A DNA stretch of 57,851 nucleotides from an uncultured Enterobacteriaceae bacterium (GTDB taxonomy: Bacteria > Pseudomonadota > Gammaproteobacteria > Eutrophobiales > Eutrophobiaceae). The notes below the pieces were generated by a model, which was not told the DNA's origin, searched no databases, and worked only from the letters and a program-made list of their open reading frames with translations. The stretch's first letter is position 1. The number at the start of each line of letters is the position of its first letter. Both the position numbers and the translations under genes were made by a program. Below are positions 57,362-57,851 of the stretch, piece by piece. The stretch is from NCBI GenBank assembly GCA_964544965.1, contig CAZJED010000001.1, positions 1-57,851 of the forward strand, in the 5' to 3' direction.

Positions 57362-57851
57362 TTAAGATTTGTTATAAAACACAGATTTTCTTATATTTTT
57401 TACTAGATAAAGTGGTCTATTTTTTGTTTCATTAAAAATTCTCCCTACATATTCTCCGATAATACCAATAGAGAGTAATTGTATGCCGCCAAAAAAAGTT
57501 ATGAGAACAACAAGTGAAGTAAATCCCATAACAGGCTCATGAAAAAATATCTTTTTAGCAACAATTATAGCTCCATAAATAAAACCAAAAAATGCTGACA
57601 AGAAACCAATAAATGAAGCTAATCGTAATGGGAGAATTGAAAATGAAGTAAGTCCGTCAAAGGCTAAATTAAACAATCCAAAGAAACTCCATTTTGTTTT
57701 TCCTTTGTATCTTGCATCCCTTTCATATTCAATTTCTTTTTGTTTAAATCCTACCCAAGAAAATAATCCTTTCATATAACGATGCTTTTCTCTTAATTTT
57801 AATAACGCATGAAGTGCATTTTTATTCAACAAACGAAAATCACCGGTATCC
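57362..57851 (-). CDS. Polyprenyl-phosphate glycosyltransferase (GT2, GtrB/ArnC/Dpm1-like); C-terminal part only, as the N-terminus lies outside the window
   Basis: The frame is open to the window edge (DTGDFRLLNKNAL...). FMKGLFSWVGFKQ, GKTKWSF, two C-terminal TM helices and GEYVGRIFNETKNRPLY are collinear with GtrB. Confidence 0.85.
   Translation of the reverse strand, partial: DTGDFRLLNKNALHALLKLREKHRYMKGLFSWVGFKQKEIEYERDARYKGKTKWSFFGLFNLAFDGLTSFSILPLRLASFIGFLSAFFGFIYGAIIVAKKIFFHEPVMGFTSLVVLITFFGGIQLLSIGIIGEYVGRIFNETKNRPLYLVKNIRKSVFYNKS

Overview
This is an AT-rich (roughly one-third G+C by eye), very gene-dense chromosomal core region from a streamlined beta- or gammaproteobacterium. All calls come from reading the ORF translations and DNA by eye; no database search was run. 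ProRS, CysM, EnvC and GtrB-like proteins align closely to the enterobacterial sequences as I remember them. Gene order reproduces known E. coli blocks: tsaC-topA/yrdD-smg-(dprA)-def-fmt-rsmB-trkA, trmL-(cysE)-gpsA-secB-yibN/gpmM-envC-yibQ, ubiE-ubiJ-ubiB and dapF-yigA-xerC. The ilvIHC-psd-pssA-leuA order is one I associate with betaproteobacteria and some gammaproteobacteria. I call 2 tRNAs (Tyr-GUA and a window-truncated Gly-UCC), 57 CDS, one in-gene 21-bp tandem repeat and one stable-RNA promoter. I found no transposase, phage gene, CRISPR array, toxin-antitoxin pair or recognisable defence system. XerC is the only recombinase. Non-coding DNA is minimal: the largest gaps are about 280 bp, and several gene pairs overlap at their stop or start codons. 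Five items go beyond textbook housekeeping. (1) A peptide-type ABC importer lacks ATPase genes, carries an embedded signal-less YkuD enzyme, and is translationally coupled to nagZ; it may be a muropeptide salvage module. (2, 3) Two separate pairs each combine a polyprenyl-phosphate-sugar synthase (GT2) with a eukaryote-like GT-C membrane glycosyltransferase. One pair is TMTC-like with TPR repeats, and its synthase is fused to a methyltransferase; the other is ALG9/PIG-B-like GT22. (4) An E. coli-type ProRS has its INS editing domain cleanly removed. (5) A DUF4390-NtrY-NtrX module has a degenerate AAA+ core. Novelty cannot be established from sequence alone; each finding states what would settle it.
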